A model generated the notes under the pieces. That model saw nothing but the letters and a program-made list of their open reading frames with translations. It had not been told where the DNA came from and did no database searches. Positions 12,247 to 26,480 of a stretch of DNA of 64,000 nt are shown piece by piece (position 1 is the first letter of the stretch; each line of letters starts with the position of its first letter). Origin of the DNA: Octopus vulgaris. Its lineage: Eukaryota. A program made the position numbers and the translations under genes. The stretch is taken from contig OX597829.1 of NCBI GenBank assembly GCA_951406725.2, positions 24,676,001 through 24,740,000 on the forward strand. Reading direction: 5' to 3'.

Positions 12247-13240
12247 CTGCACAATGAAAATAAAAATAAAAGAGAACACATTACAGAAAAATGATGAAAT
12301 ATTTCATTTCCAAAACTGGAAAAAAAAAATAATAAATAAATAAATATATTAAATAAAATGAAATAGAGAGGAAGGTTTTCATAAAAATGTATACATATTG
12401 TTGAGGTAAGAAATAATATCTGATATAGACACCTAGTTGAAATAAGGTTTGTGTTATTTGCCGATGAGAATTACTGCATAGCAATGATTGTAATAAGGGA
12501 ACAAAAAGGTAGGTACAAAATAAAGAATAGACAAATTGTTTACTACAAGATATAATAAGGAAGAAGGGGAGGATGTAGAGTCAGAAAATATAAAAGGAAC
12601 AGAGTTTGAAACAGGAGAGAGAAAAAAAGGCTAAAAAGGGTTACATTGACTGAAAAGCTAAACATGGCTGAAAGAAAGTTTGTATATCATGTAAATATAG
12701 TTAAAATTTTGTATAGAATTAATAGACAGTTCATTCCATTCGATGGTAGGCCGAATATATTATTTTGTTTCACTCAACAACTAGATTTTTGAGTATCTTA
12801 ATGAAAATCAGTTTCTTGTAAGTAGCTGGACCACCCCACCACCTCCTTTACCATGATGGGTATTAATCACAACAACTTCACTAGCATTTACAATGACCAG
12901 CAAAAGTAAATGTAGTATGGAAAAAAAGGCATCCAGTACAGTCTTTAAAGTGGTTAGCATTAGGAAGGGCATCCAGCTTTAGAAACAATGCCAAAATAGA
13001 CAAACTGCCAAACCAATATCAGTATGCAACACAAATGACAAACTAATGAAGTCAGAATCTAGATGAAACAAAAAAAAAAAAGAAGCATTTAATTAAAAAG
13101 AAAACTTCAAAATATCATGGGGAAGGGGGGTTGTTTATTTTTGTTATTTGAAAGTTCCTACAAACCATTTCCTCAGACAAATGAAATATTTGAAACTAGT
13201 ATTTCTTAAAAATATACTTAGTTAAAAAAACCCAAAAAAC

Positions 13241-13282
<42 letters not shown>

Positions 13283-14287
13283 TGATTCTTAAATTTTCCC
13301 TTTGGCTATTCAAAGTTTATAATATATTAGAAATGTTTTCTTAAGTACTCCCAAAGCAAAAACATTTTAAGTATTAAGCTAAAATGTTTTTAAAATGTGT
13401 TAATTGCACTCAGCCAAATTTCAAAAGCAATAAAAAGATATAGAAAGTAAAATAAATGAAGATTAATTAATAGTTTAATTGCTGGTTACATTGGCAAATA
13501 CTTCGTCTTTGTAAGGTTCATATATTTTGGCAGATAACTGAATGTGTTGTTTACATGGTCTAATTGAAGTGAAAGGAATAAGTAGTAGCTATTGGCAATA
13601 ATGAAGCAATAATCCCAAGACCCAGTCTTTAGTTTTATGATAGAACTCAAATAGCAGTTTCTAATAAGATTCTTCATTTTATCAACCCTTGAAGGATGAA
13701 ATACATGGTCTACCCGGAGAAAATTTGAATGCAAAACAGGTAGGAATGTAACTAAATACCAAAAGACATTTTGTACAATGTTATATTACTGGAATTTAAA
13801 AGTTACAAAAGTTAAACCAATGAAAGAACAGTTTCAGTATGATTAGAGAAAGGAAATCTTACTTCTGGAATTAGGAAATTTCAATACAGATTTCATAAAT
13901 TCATTTTGCAAATATAACCCCCTTGCCGGATATATCTACATTTGGCAGACATCTTCATTGTGAGTGTTATGTCAGACACGACCCTTTGAACAATGTCAAA
14001 TATATTTGTCATGTTTTACGTAAATATGCTTTGACAAGATTTAAATCAGGACGTTAAATGTCATAAGAATTTTGACACACCACTCCAATAACATATTGGG
14101 GCAGACACAACATGGCTGAGAATAGAGAAGCAGTGTAGAAATGCATGGAATAAAGATTTCGTTCGTTCAGCTCTAGCTTGAGGACATTGTACTTTAAAAA
14201 ATCTATCACTTCCAATAATATAATTTTCATCAAACAAATCAAAAAAGGTTGCCTCATTCTAAAAGTTATTTAATCAGCACTAATAAT

Positions 14288-15460
14288 AATGGTTTCGAAT
14301 TTTGGCACAAGGCCAGCAGGTTCAGGGAATGGTAAAAGTCGATTATATCAATGCCAATGTTCAACTGAAAGGGAAGTTAACCATGATGGAATTCGAACTT
14401 GGGATGTTAAGACGGACGAAATGCTGCAAAACATTTTGCCTGATGTGCTAATGATTCTGCTAGCTCGCTGCCTTAACCAATACTAACAGTAGTGATAGTA
14501 ATAATTGTTTCTGCTATAGGCACAAGGCCTGAAGTTAGGGGGAAGGGGTTAGTCAATTATATTACCTCACTACTCAACTGGTACTTATTTTATCAACTCC
14601 AAAAGGATGAAAGGCAAGGTCAATCTCCATGGGATTTGAACTGAGAACAAAGAGCCCCCCCCAAAAAAAAAATATCACTAAGCATTTTCCCTGACATGTT
14701 AATGATTCTGCCAGTTTGCCACCTTAATAATAATAATAATAATAATAATAAACCTTTCTACTAAAGGCACAAGGCCTGAAATCTTGGGTGAGTGGTCTAG
14801 TCAATTACATCGAACCCCCCCCCCCCAGTGTTTCACTGGTACTTAATTTATTGACCCCAAAAAGATGAAAAGCAAAATCGACCCTGGTGGAATTTGAACT
14901 CAGAATATAGTGACAGGCAAAGTACCGCATGTCACCTGGTGTGCTAACAATTCTGCCAGCTCACTGCCTTAATAATAATAATGTTTCTAATTTGGGCACA
15001 AGGCTACCAATTTTAGAGGAGGGATTTAGTCAATGAAACTGACCCCAGAATATAACTGGTACAGTATATAGTCTGAAAGGATGGAAGGCAAATTTAACCA
15101 AATTCATTTGGAAGGAACAAACAACAATTATAACATGAATATTTATTTTATTGACCCCTGCAGGATGAAAGGTAGAAATTGATATAGGGCAGGATTTTCA
15201 AATATAACTTAAAGCTTACTCATCATTTTTAACCAATATTTATTCTGCCATGCAGCCCTCATCCTTTGAATAATAATGGTTTCTAATATGGTCTGAAGAT
15301 CATATATTTAGAAAAGGGAGAAGTCAATTAATAGGTACTTATTTTCGCAGTTGCTAGAAGAATGAACAGAAAAAAATCTTGCAAAATAAACCTCTGGCAA
15401 GATTTGAACCCAGAAACCACAATTTACCTGTCACTTTACCAATTCTGCCACCTGACAACT
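14288..15460 (-). mobile_element. Head-to-tail cluster of about 5 SINE family B copies
   Basis: Repeated GGCACAAGGC...GAACTCAG...CTGCCAG(C/T)T..CC..CCTTAA units separated by (TAA)n. Other family-B copies lie near 47655-47848, 58830-59010, 59805-59990 and 60640-60848. Confidence 0.75.
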
Positions 15461-17690
15461 GTTAATAATAACTCATTGCAAATGTTTAGTAATATTAAAT
15501 TCATGCTTGTTGACACACACACACACACACCTTACAAGTGTCAATTTGTAAAATTAAACCGTTCATTAGTTAGCACTAGAGAAATAAACTGAAATGGTAC
15601 TAGTTTCTATTACAGAGATAAAGGGAAGGTTGGAAACATGTTTAAAAAAACAAAGAAAAGAAAGAAAATAAAAATGTTAAGACAAGATACCATAAGTTAT
15701 TTCTTTATTAATGAATTCTTGAGGAATCTGAACACTGTTATCAATATTACTTGATTTTGCATTCACTTTTTTTCCTCTTTCCTTGGTTGATATGACTGAA
15801 CATGTATATGCTCCAAGTCGTACACTGCAGCTATTTCTTCTAAATTTGTTTGACCCTTTAATATAAAATTTAATGTTGGATGATTTATGGGTGGGAGTGT
15901 TGTTTTTACCCTAAACCAATGCCATTTAATATTGCAGGTCATCATTTTGAAAATCTTCTTCCAGCATACAAAACAATACAGGTTTATTTTTCAATAATCC
16001 AGTACAGTGGAACTGGGTAAAGGAAGTAAAAAGGCAAACTATAAGGTTTACCCAAACATGTTCAGTACTTCACTATTTCTTGTTGAAATCTCCATTGGTG
16101 TTGATTTTACTTTTCATCCCTCTATAGTTGATTAAATAGCAGTTATATACTCAGGTTAATATGATCACTAAATCACATATCCTACAAAAAAGAAAATGCA
16201 GCTATTATACTTCTTGTAGAGGTACAAAAACAAATTCCAATTAAATTTTATAATACTGTTGTTCTTTAAATCCAGGTCAACTTTGATCAAAGATGTTCCA
16301 GCTATGACTATTTTGTCTTTTTTCAGACAGTAGAATGCCGTTTTTTTCAGGGATTTTTAGCTGCTATTCTTAGCAGGTTGATCATAAATATTGAGTACCC
16401 TGTTAGATGATGGTTGTAATGTGGTTATTGTGTAACCTTATCTATCAAAGGTCTGCTGGATTAAGGTCAACGTTATTATAGACAGTGACCTATATCACTA
16501 GAGGTTCCAACACTGACCGTTCTGTATTTTATTTTCAGATTATGCATCTTTTTAAGAACTATATGCATGCCTTCTCATTGAGTACAATAAAGTTTTGAAG
16601 AGGCGAGTGTACAATTGATTGAACAAAATCTAGTGTGTTACATATATCTATATTTGACTGAAGAATAGCAAAAAGTAAAAGTCTTACAATTTGAGTTGAA
16701 ATAGGAGTACTGTTAGTACAGAATATAAACCATCAAATTTAATACAACTATTTGAAACAACATATTAATAGTTACAGTGTAAGTTGTTGGTCTTGCAAAA
16801 ACAGCATTATTTATATCTAAGTAAGAAGACACAATTATACAAGAGAAATACAAAATTGTAACATGCAACCCTTACTCCAATGGTGAAAATTATCAATGTT
16901 TAACTGTTCAACAGATATTTTCCACCAGTGTGGTAATAGCTACACTATGTTTGGGTAATCCCAAGATTTTAAAATGCACAGAGGAACTAGCTCTCAAGTA
17001 TAAATAAATATGTGTTAATAAACACTCTAAACATTTTAACTTTATTTTATTGTCATACATTTAATTTTTGTAATTTCTCAACAGATTTGATTATGATAGA
17101 ATTTCTAATAAAATGAAAAACTATAGAGTTTATGAAGTCTTGGGGTGCTGGTATGGCAGTGTTGTTAATACATTCTATTTACAATTAACATTGCTTTAGG
17201 TTCAATTTCACTATACACTTGGACAAGAAGTTTTGTGAATGAAACTTGAAAGACTGAAACTTTGGGTGACAGACAATCTATTTTCCAGGTTAACTAGCCA
17301 TTGGATGCTTTTAATAGAATCCATTCTGTTGTAAGTATTCAAGTTAGATCTCCCATTGTAAGATATCGTCCATCCTCCAAACTTTTAGAAGCCCTGAATA
17401 ATACAAGCGCTGCCTTTTCTTCTTTAAGTCGTGAAAAATACAAGCAAACAATAACTACACACTTACAAAAACACGTGTTTTAAATCATTACCAACATATT
17501 TTGTTTAGCTATTCTATCAAATTCCTCATTTCCAAGAATGCTAACATGGCCAGAACATCAGCAAGATACTTAAACAGTAACCCAATGATAAAAGGAAATT
17601 TAACTTTCTTTATAAGATTTCATATTTCCAAATTGATTTAGAAAAAAACTTTACACAAGAAAAATCCAGAGACAACATATTCTATGTTAA

Positions 17691-17907
17691 CCCTTTACCA
17701 TTTAAACTGGCCATATCTGGCCCAGATATTTTACTTGCTTTATGTTCAAGGTCACCAGATCCAACCTCTTGCACCTAGCCTACAATGTCATAAAAATAAA
17801 CAACTGCATCATTAAATTCTCAAAGCTAGGAGATAATGCATGATTAATTCAAAACAGTGTGACTAAATAAGGATTACATTAGATAGAGTAATCTAAATGC
17901 TGAAGGG
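17691..17907. mobile_element. piggyBac-type MITE (other copies at 10019-10233, ~25082-25290 and ~46347-46502)
   Basis: TTAA|CCCTTTACCATT ... AATGCTGAAGGG|TTAA; internal sequence is shared among the four copies. Confidence 0.75.
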
Positions 17908-20900
17908 TTAATACTTTATTAACCCTTCTTTATTAATACTTTGAAGGGTTAATAAAGTATTAACCCCTCAGCATAACTGTCTCCAAATGAATCAGATGAT
18001 CTATTCCATATTAAGTTTGCACTGAATACTTGTGTGCATGCAATTTTGTTCAAGGTAGTTACATGATTATTTTAAAATATTTCTTAAGTAGTTTATAAAA
18101 GAGATTGGTGTGTAATTTTCAGGATTACTGATGTACATGCAGTTGGTAAGGAAATATTCTTTTCCTTCTCCTTTGAAGAAAGTGAAAAGAGAAAAATATC
18201 TGAAAGATCAGATGTTATTTATAACATCTTGTCTTGAATAAACAATGAAATCACAATGTTAAATAATAACTTCAGAGTAGGTATTGTTTCACAGGAGATA
18301 TGTATTTCCATTTCTGCTAGTCAGTGAGAGAGGAAAACAAGGAAATTGTAGTTTTTTAGATTATTTGAATTAAAAATTAAAGTGAAGATATTGAATTAAA
18401 ATCAACATGTACTTTTGGAATTAACATTCAAGTGTAGATCTTATAGTAATTTTTTTTCTGTCTTAGTAATTTCAGGAAATAATTCCTTGAAAAGTGTTTA
18501 GAAAATGTTTCATCTTGTTTAATCAATATATTGTAGAAATGTGATTAATAATTTTGATATAGGTTTTTTAATTCCTTATAATTTTTTTGTTAATTAGTTG
18601 GGTATGATTTTGATTACTTTAGAGAGATTTTTCCACAGGAATTCTTCTCAATTTATAATTCTTCTTTCTATTGGTACACAAGGTGTAAAGGGATCACACA
18701 GAAGGCTTTTTTTCTTTTTCTTTTGTTTTTTAGTGACTTTACAGAATCTCAGCAAACCTCAAACAATGGATTGCATTTATGATTTGGAACTGTGACAGAC
18801 TTTGAGTAAACATGGTCAGTTTAATAACTACATCAACAATTTTACATCCACTTTTCTGTGCTTGCAGGAATTGGATCGGTTTTATTTTTCAGCATAATCA
18901 TTTTCATAAGGTTAAGTTTCTTCAACGATTAACCTTCAACAGTTCATCCTATATCTTCCATGGGCTACCTCTTCCAAAGATTATTTCTCCATGGGTCATT
19001 TGGTACTTTGTTAGCCAAGCATTATCTTCCATATACATTGCAACTCTCTTCCAACTCTATCAACTTTGTCTTATAACCCAATTACTCTCTGAATATGAGC
19101 TCCAATATTCATACACACTAGCATTTCACATATAGCAGAACATGTTTGCCTTATTCTTTCCCCATTGAAGACTCATGTTTCACTACTATGCAACCGCACT
19201 TCACAATATCTATCCTTTGCTTGGGGGATAAAAAAAATCCTTTTTTCCTGTTGAGATAATAACTCTGAAATTTTATCACCTCATTCTTACCCTGCTTTCA
19301 AATACCCACCTCCAAGATACAAGATACATCAATGGAATTTGTATCTTTGTGGTACCAGTGCCGGTGGCACACAAGAAAATCATCCGAACGTGGCCGTAGC
19401 CAGTACCGCATAGACTGGCCTCCGTGCTTTGGGGACGTAGCCTCGTCTGGCTCCCCAGACCCCAGTTGAACCGTCCAACCCATGCTAGCATGGAAAACGG
19501 ACGCTAAATGATGATGATGATGATGATGATGATTGATGATCAGGTCATCTAGGTAACAAAAGCCGACACTTAATTCTAGGCATTAGCGAGAATTCATTTT
19601 TATGGGTGCTTTTACAGCTAACTTCTCCTGTGTATTTGCTACATGCAAAGTTTATTTTCTGTGTCATCCTGCCTGTGATACAACTACTACTCTTGGGCAC
19701 CAGTAAATACATGTTTACACTGGGAAACCCATATGTAATTCCTATCTCCAATGCCCACTAACAAGACAGTAGAGCCTCATCTTATTTACTGCACACTAAA
19801 AACCTTTCTCTTGACAAAGTTCTTTAGGCATTGCTTCTATATATGGAATTCCTTTCTTAATTCAACAAATGGAACTACTAAGCTTCTTAATACATTAACA
19901 TTGGAATTGGTTCTAATATGCTTCCTTAATTTTCTACCCAGCGACTGAGAATATCAGAGAACACTACTTTATATTACAGGGAGCTGAGAACAAGTTATTC
20001 CATACAGAATCATAATGGAATTTGAGAGAGACAGTATTTAGCAGTGACAATATTTACTTTTCACTTCTTGGCCACAAATGTGTGAGAGAAATACAGTATT
20101 TTGCTGTTTAAGTTTTGGGTGGTTTAATATGAATCTTCTTTATAGGGTTGTGATCATTAAAGATGCCCATGATTAGATAGGGTTCAGCGGGGGGTTAAGC
20201 TGTCTTTTTAATTCTATAACATAAGCTTCTGTGTCAGACAATTATTGAGCTGAAAATTAATTTGGGTAAAGTAACACAAACGAATGTAATTACATAAAGT
20301 AAGCCAAGAATAACTCAAATGGCCAAGAACATGAATTTTAAAAATTCAGGTAGGTAATGAGTGTATTGAATGATGTATACAAAAAAGTTAGCAATGGATT
20401 AAAACGTTACTCTTAATGAGAAAAAATATATATATAAATCTAACTAATTCTAAATAACGCTCAAAAAAGAGAAGGGAGATAATTTCAAGACACTGTATTT
20501 CACATAAAAATCTTCCTTCTTTGGCAATTAAATCTGATCTATGAGAGCAGAAAAATATAACAGTTACAGGCATGTTAAGGCTCATCAATCAAGACAGTCT
20601 ACTCCAGACTATTTTGATCAATTAACTCAGATTGAAGTATGCAGAAAAACAGTTGAAAACCAATTTTGGCCAATAAATTCACTTTCATAAAAATCTGTTC
20701 ACTGATCATAGCAGTTATTCCCTGCCAACAAACATTAGAATCTCCCCCATCCCCACCTTCCATCCTAAGCATAAGATTTCAATTTTCCAATTTTCTAAGA
20801 AACTGCCTCCCAATTTCTTGAAATTATCTCCCCTTTCCTCTGAGTCACAAACGAATGCTGCTAGGCTTTTGTTTTCTTTCTCTAAGAAAGGAACGTCAAT

Positions 20901-21197
20901 TCATTGAAGGCATGGTTGTGTAGTAAGATCACTTCCCAACCATATGGTTTCCAATTAAGTCCCATGTTATGGCGTCTTGGGCAAGTGACTTCTTTATAGT
21001 CTTGGGTCAACCAAAGCCTTGTGAATGGATTTGGTATACAACTGAAAGAAGCCCACAATGCATGTGTGTGTGTGTGTGTGTGTGTTTGTGTCTCCTTGTC
21101 CTTGACATTGCTTTAAAGTTAAGATGAGTATCACTGTCATACAAGTGTCACTCATTTCCAATATTCTGTGAGAATATATCTGGCCATGGGAGAATAT

Positions 21198-21570
21198 CAA
21201 ACCTGGGCACCAAACCATTAATTGTTAATTAACAAAGTTAACATTTTCTTTAATGATTTAACTTTGAGTTAGCTTTGGAAGTCATTATCGGACCAATTAA
21301 CTTCTGTTACATTTAACTTCCGTTAACTTCAATTGAATTGAAATCAACAGATCTTATAGTTTTGGCACTTTTTAAAGGTGTTGTTAGGTGATTTTAGAGC
21401 AAAAGCTAATTTTTTGGGGTTTTTTTTCTATAATAAAAATTAACATTAACTGTCTATCAATAACTTCCATTACATTTTTTAAAGAATTAACTGATTAACG
21501 GTTATCAAAGTTAACTTTTTGGTTAACAGATTAACAGAGTTAACTTTTCAATTAACAGTGCCCACCTTTG
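21198..21570. mobile_element. hAT-like MITE rich in TTAAC/GTTAAC motifs, inserted into a SINE
   Basis: Ends CAAACCTGGGCAC / GTGCCCACCTTTG; degenerate target duplication (GAGAATAT / GGGAGTAT); the SINE sequence resumes after 21570. Confidence 0.6.
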
Positions 21571-21936
21571 GGGAGTATTACTATACTTGGAAGCAAGTGA
21601 GTGTTGGCAACAGAAAGGACATCTGACTAGAAAATCTGCCTCAAACTCTGTCTGGCCAATGCAAGCTTGGGAATGTGGGTCTTAAATAATAATATTTTGA
21701 TTAATCATTTAGTATATCAGCACTACCAGTGACTTGTATGTAACAAGTCAGAGTTACTAATATCTAACATCAGAGCTACAGATGTCATAATGTTTATCAT
21801 AACCTCCCACCCACGCTAGCATGGAACACAGACGTTAAATGATGATGATGATTTAATCTGATGCTATCAGGACTCTTAAAAATCAGTTCCTTAGAGACGA
21901 TACTAAGGGTGGATACCTGTGAAGAGTCTTTGTATC

Positions 21937-22172
21937 TTTTACTTGTTTCCGTCATTTGACTGCAGCCATGTTAGACCACTGCTCTGAAGGGTTTATTCAA
22001 ACAAATCAACCCTGGTGCTTATTTTATAAGTCTGGTACTTACTCTACTGGTCTCTTTAGCTGAACTGTTTAAGTTATGAGGATGTAAACAAACCAGCACC
22101 AGTTGTTAAGCAGTGACAAGGGACAAAAATGAAGAGATAAACATATATATATATATACACACATACACATCT

Positions 22173-22209
<37 letters not shown>

Positions 22210-22351
22210 CAGATTTTCAGTTTACTAAATTCACTCACAAGGCTTTGGTCAGCCAGGGTTATAGTAGAAGATATTTGCCCAAGCTGCTGCCTTGCAATGA
22301 GACTGAACCCAAAACCATGTGATTGGAAAGCAAGCTTCTTGTCACGGAGCC
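21937..22351 (-). mobile_element. SINE family A
   Basis: Diverged reverse-complement copy. Confidence 0.75.
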
Positions 22352-23077
22352 ATATCTTCTTGGGGGACCTTTCATTATTTATGAAGGACAAGAACATAAA
22401 TAACCTTTAAAAGAAATTAATCACTTTGCATCTAAGCAAGATCCCCCCACCTCACTTTCTTTGCACTTGAATTTTTTTTCTCTTTAATTGAAATCAAGAC
22501 AGACATGCAGTCAATATCATCATAAGCTTCAACTCAAGGCCATTGACTGTCAGAATGAACAAACTTATGACACTTGAAATATCTCAAAGAGTTGAGAATA
22601 TATGGCTCAACCAAGGCATTATATATAATACAGAGCTCTTTGAGGTAATATATTGTTTTCAGCTATTAGGAATAATTGGTTTGGCAACAATTTTGTCCCT
22701 TTTGATAAAGATACCTTTTTAACAGATATTACATATTATAGGGAAAGTTCATGTATCTTCTCTATCCATGGACCAGAAATACCAAGGAGCTGATATTAAG
22801 AATACTATTACCAAAGATTATTTTGATATGAAATTACTTTCCATTTCAAACCCACCAATGCATATACAAATTAATATCTTCTGTTTTGTGTATTTGGGAT
22901 TTCCAGATGTATTACTCCCCTATACTCCCATTCAAAATACAATTGAGTGTTAAGAAGGGCATCCAGCCATAAAAACCCTGCCAAAACAGACAGTGAAACA
23001 TGGTGCAGTCTTCTGCCTAACCAGTAACTGTCAGCATGGAAAACAGACGTTAAATGATGATGATGATAATGACAGCC

Positions 23078-23380
23078 CTCACTGGTCAACATTAGAAAGG
23101 ACGGCTACATAAACCCCAGCTACTGCTGGTGGTATCATAAGCTTACCTAGTCCTCTCTGTATACAGTGGTTGATATTAAGAAGGCCATACGGTTATATAA
23201 GCCCAGCTACTACCGGTGGTGTCATGATAAACCTACCAGCCCTCACTGTATACTATGGTTGATATCAGAAAGGACATATAGTTTTATAAACCCCAACTAT
23301 TACAAATGGTGTTGTGATAAACCTATCAAGCTCTCACTGTATACAGTGGTTGATGTTAAGAAGACATATAGTAATATAAA
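23078..23380. repeat. Diverged ~90-bp minisatellite, about 3.3 copies
   Basis: CTC(A/T)CTGTATAC..TGGTTGAT recurs at about 23153, 23242 and 23333. Confidence 0.75.
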
Positions 23381-23407
23381 TTTCACTTCAGACCTGGAGT
23401 GAAACAG

Positions 23408-23766
23408 TGTTCCGGGTTCAGTCCCACTGCGTGGCACCTTGGGCAAGTGTCTACTACTATAGCCTCGGGCCGACCAAAGCCTTGTGAGTGGATTTGGTAG
23501 ACAGAAACTGAAAGAAGCCCGTCGTATATATGTATATGTATATATTTGTGTGTGTGTTTGTGTACCTGTGTTTGTCCCCACTAGCATTGCTTGACAACCG
23601 ATGCTGGTGTGTTTATGTCCCCGTTACTTAGCGGTTCGGCAAAAGAGACCGATAGAATAAGTACTGGGCTTACAAAAACAGAATAAGTCCCGGGGTCGAG
23701 TTGCTCGACTAAAGGCGGTGCTCCAGCATGGCCGCAGTCAAATGACTGAAACAAGTAAAAAGAAAA
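23408..23766 (+). mobile_element. SINE family A, 5'-truncated, CpG-rich (young)
   Basis: Starts at GTTCCGGGTTCAGTCCC and retains CpGs. Confidence 0.85.
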
Positions 23767-24855
23767 AGAGAGAGAGTGTAGTCAGTAAACATTGAATGCA
23801 TCAACTGAAACAGCAGTAGACATGTTAATTTTAGATGAGTAGACAACCAATTTATTTTTATCTAAATATCTGCTCATTCCAATATTTAGATACAATAATG
23901 ATGATAATTCTATCTCATTTAATCCACACAAACATGGTTTTATTTCATGTAATCATCATCATTAGATGAAAAATTGTAAAATGAAGATAAAACAAGAAAA
24001 CTAAGCATCAATTAAGCAAAGCCTTGTAATATTTCCCCTCAGTTCTCAATTTTTATAGTTTTAGAGGGTGTACAAAATCAAATGTTGAGACAATTGTTTG
24101 TCAAATAAACGTTGGTAATGATTTTTATTCATTAACTCAGTTTGCAACTTATTTTCCCAGGTATCTGGATTGAAATGCAATTATTTTATCATGTATTGAA
24201 ATTAAAAAACCTTCATAGAAGCTGGATACTGAGACCTCATGAGCAGCTCTCAAGCAGACTATAACCATACAAACCAGCCAAATGGAGGTCTGATCAGAGC
24301 ACAATGCGAATGAACTTTGAGGTCACTTACAACACTCAGTAATAAACATTGTAGTAAATGGTACAATATATGTAAATACTTTTAATAATTGTAATGTTAT
24401 GAATGGCAAATACTTAAGTTCCAAAATGCTAGCCAACATCAGATCTAACACATATTCCTAACAACTTAAGTGAACAGAGAGGGATGAAATTAAGAATATT
24501 TACAACTAACATAAATATTCAATAAAAGCAGCTAGTAGATTTGAACTCAGGATCTATGATTTACTAATCTCATCACATTTACTTGACTACATTAGTTTTG
24601 CATCCAAATATATTTCTGTAAACTTCATCCAAATGATAAAATCTACAAAGAAAATGGCTCAGTTTTGTAGCTTGTTCCTTTAGAATTAAAAAATTTATCA
24701 AATTTACAAGAAATGGTTGAAAGGCAATTAAAATGGCAGACTAAAGGGGACACAGATAACAACCAGAGTGAATGACTTACTTGAAATGACTAAAATATAG
24801 AATATAATGTATACAAATTAACATAAAACTTTAGAAATGGAAAACAAAGTCTAAC

Positions 24856-24936
24856 CCGAAAATCACAGCATTCCATAGCATAATATTGTTATCTGTTGGT
24901 GCACCACTCACACCGGCAGGAGGATCTTCTTGAAGC
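24856..24936 (-). CDS. UBE2A: Rad6/UBE2A coding exon 2 (81 nt; [28 protein letters not shown])
   Basis: Poly-T tract plus CAG acceptor (24938-24937) and GTTAGA donor; translation is nearly identical to Rad6 residues 15-42. Confidence 0.97.
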
Positions 24937-25859
24937 CTGAAAAAAAAAAAAAAAAAAAACATAAATAAATAAATATAATTTGAAGTGGTATTTCAACATT
25001 CTATTTCAATAAAATCCTTTTCCAACTCTTGCTTCCTGACAATGATTTAAAATTGCAAATTTTGTGTGAAGTGATTCTTTTTAAGCTGGCCATATCTGGC
25101 TGAAATAGTCTACCTGTTTTATGATTAAACTAGATTTAAATGGCCTATCTCACCTACCCTACATTGTCAGTCTAAGAACAAAACAATCATATCATTGAAA
25201 TATGAAAGCTATGAGGTAATGCATGATTAATTCAAAACAATGTGAATAAATAAGCATTATATTTGACAGAGTAATCTGAATGCTAAAGGGTTAAACCAAT
25301 CTCCAGAACATACAACAACTGTTATGTATTTTATTAACACTACTATTGAAAAGATGGATGTCTGCCCTAATCAAATTTGAACTGAAAACAAAACACAGCA
25401 AGATATTTAATCTAGTTTTTCTTATCACTGGCTGATTTTTTTTTCTTATCACCAATCAATTTTTTAGAGTCAATTTTTAAACATATTCTGGTTGTTATTA
25501 TTCAATTCTATATTATTCACTGATCCCTGTTTATCAAAATTTCTTCGCAATTAATTGCATTTTAAAAAGGTTCCATACAGTTTCTGTCAGTCATTCACAA
25601 GGAATTGGGTAACACGATGAAACAAAACCTGAAATCAAAAAGTCTTACGGTTAGCTTAGCATAAACTGAAGTTCTAATAAGCAGGAGAACAGACAGAACA
25701 TTAATCCTTCCAGGTAAATGACCCTGTTCCATATGTAGATAAATTGTAGGTAGAAAATTCATATGGTCTGTTCAGTGCAAACTATGAACTCATAAGAGGT
25801 GCAGTGAAATCAAAGATAAATTCATAAAGTAGAATTTGCTTGTAGCAGATGTACAGGAG

Positions 25860-26480
25860 CAATGAATAAGAGCAAACAAGGAATAGATGTTCTGAGATGC
25901 CCAGGAGGCTCCCTAGAACTACTAGATATTTTCTGTTAGCTAGGTGACCTAATTAGCAGTAGAGGAGGAAGCTCAGAAAGTATAGTTACTAGAATATGAA
26001 ATAGCTACAGAAAGTGCAGAGAACTTTTACATCTGATGGTAATAAAAGCCCTCTCTCTCAGAATGAAAGGCAGATTGTATGATGCCTGTGTATGAACAAC
26101 TATGCTACACGACTGTGAAGTTTGAGCTGTGAATGCAGAGGACATGTGAAGAGTTAAAAGAAATGAAACAAGTATGTTCTGATGGATGGGCAATGTCAGT
26201 GTGCATGTACAGGAAAGTACACATGTGCTTAGAGTAATATTGGGCATAAGAGGCATCAAATGTGGTGTGTAGGAGAGAAGATTGCATTGCTATGGTCATA
26301 TAATGCTGAAAGATGAAGACAGCTGTATAAAAAAATGCCAATTGCTAAACACAGAAGGGGCATGCAAAAGAGGAAGACATGGGACAAAGTGGTGAAGACT
26401 GACCTCCTCTGAGCCTCTCAGAGGAGGTGATAGGGGATCGAGATGAATGGTGTTGTGCTGTGTTTGAGAAGACATGTCCA
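25860..26480 (+). mobile_element. RTE LINE 3' fragment
   Basis: Homologous to 4340-4800 (LGDLISSRGG..SLRMKGRLYDACV). Confidence 0.75.

Noticed and set aside
12096-12281. ORF-track 61-aa protein as a standalone gene
   Set aside because: Only 12131-12246 is Rad6-like; the flanks are intronic read-through past clear splice sites.
23078-23380. CRISPR-like array (also 33895-34190)
   Set aside because: Eukaryotic intron; whole units are homologous, with no unique spacers and no cas genes.
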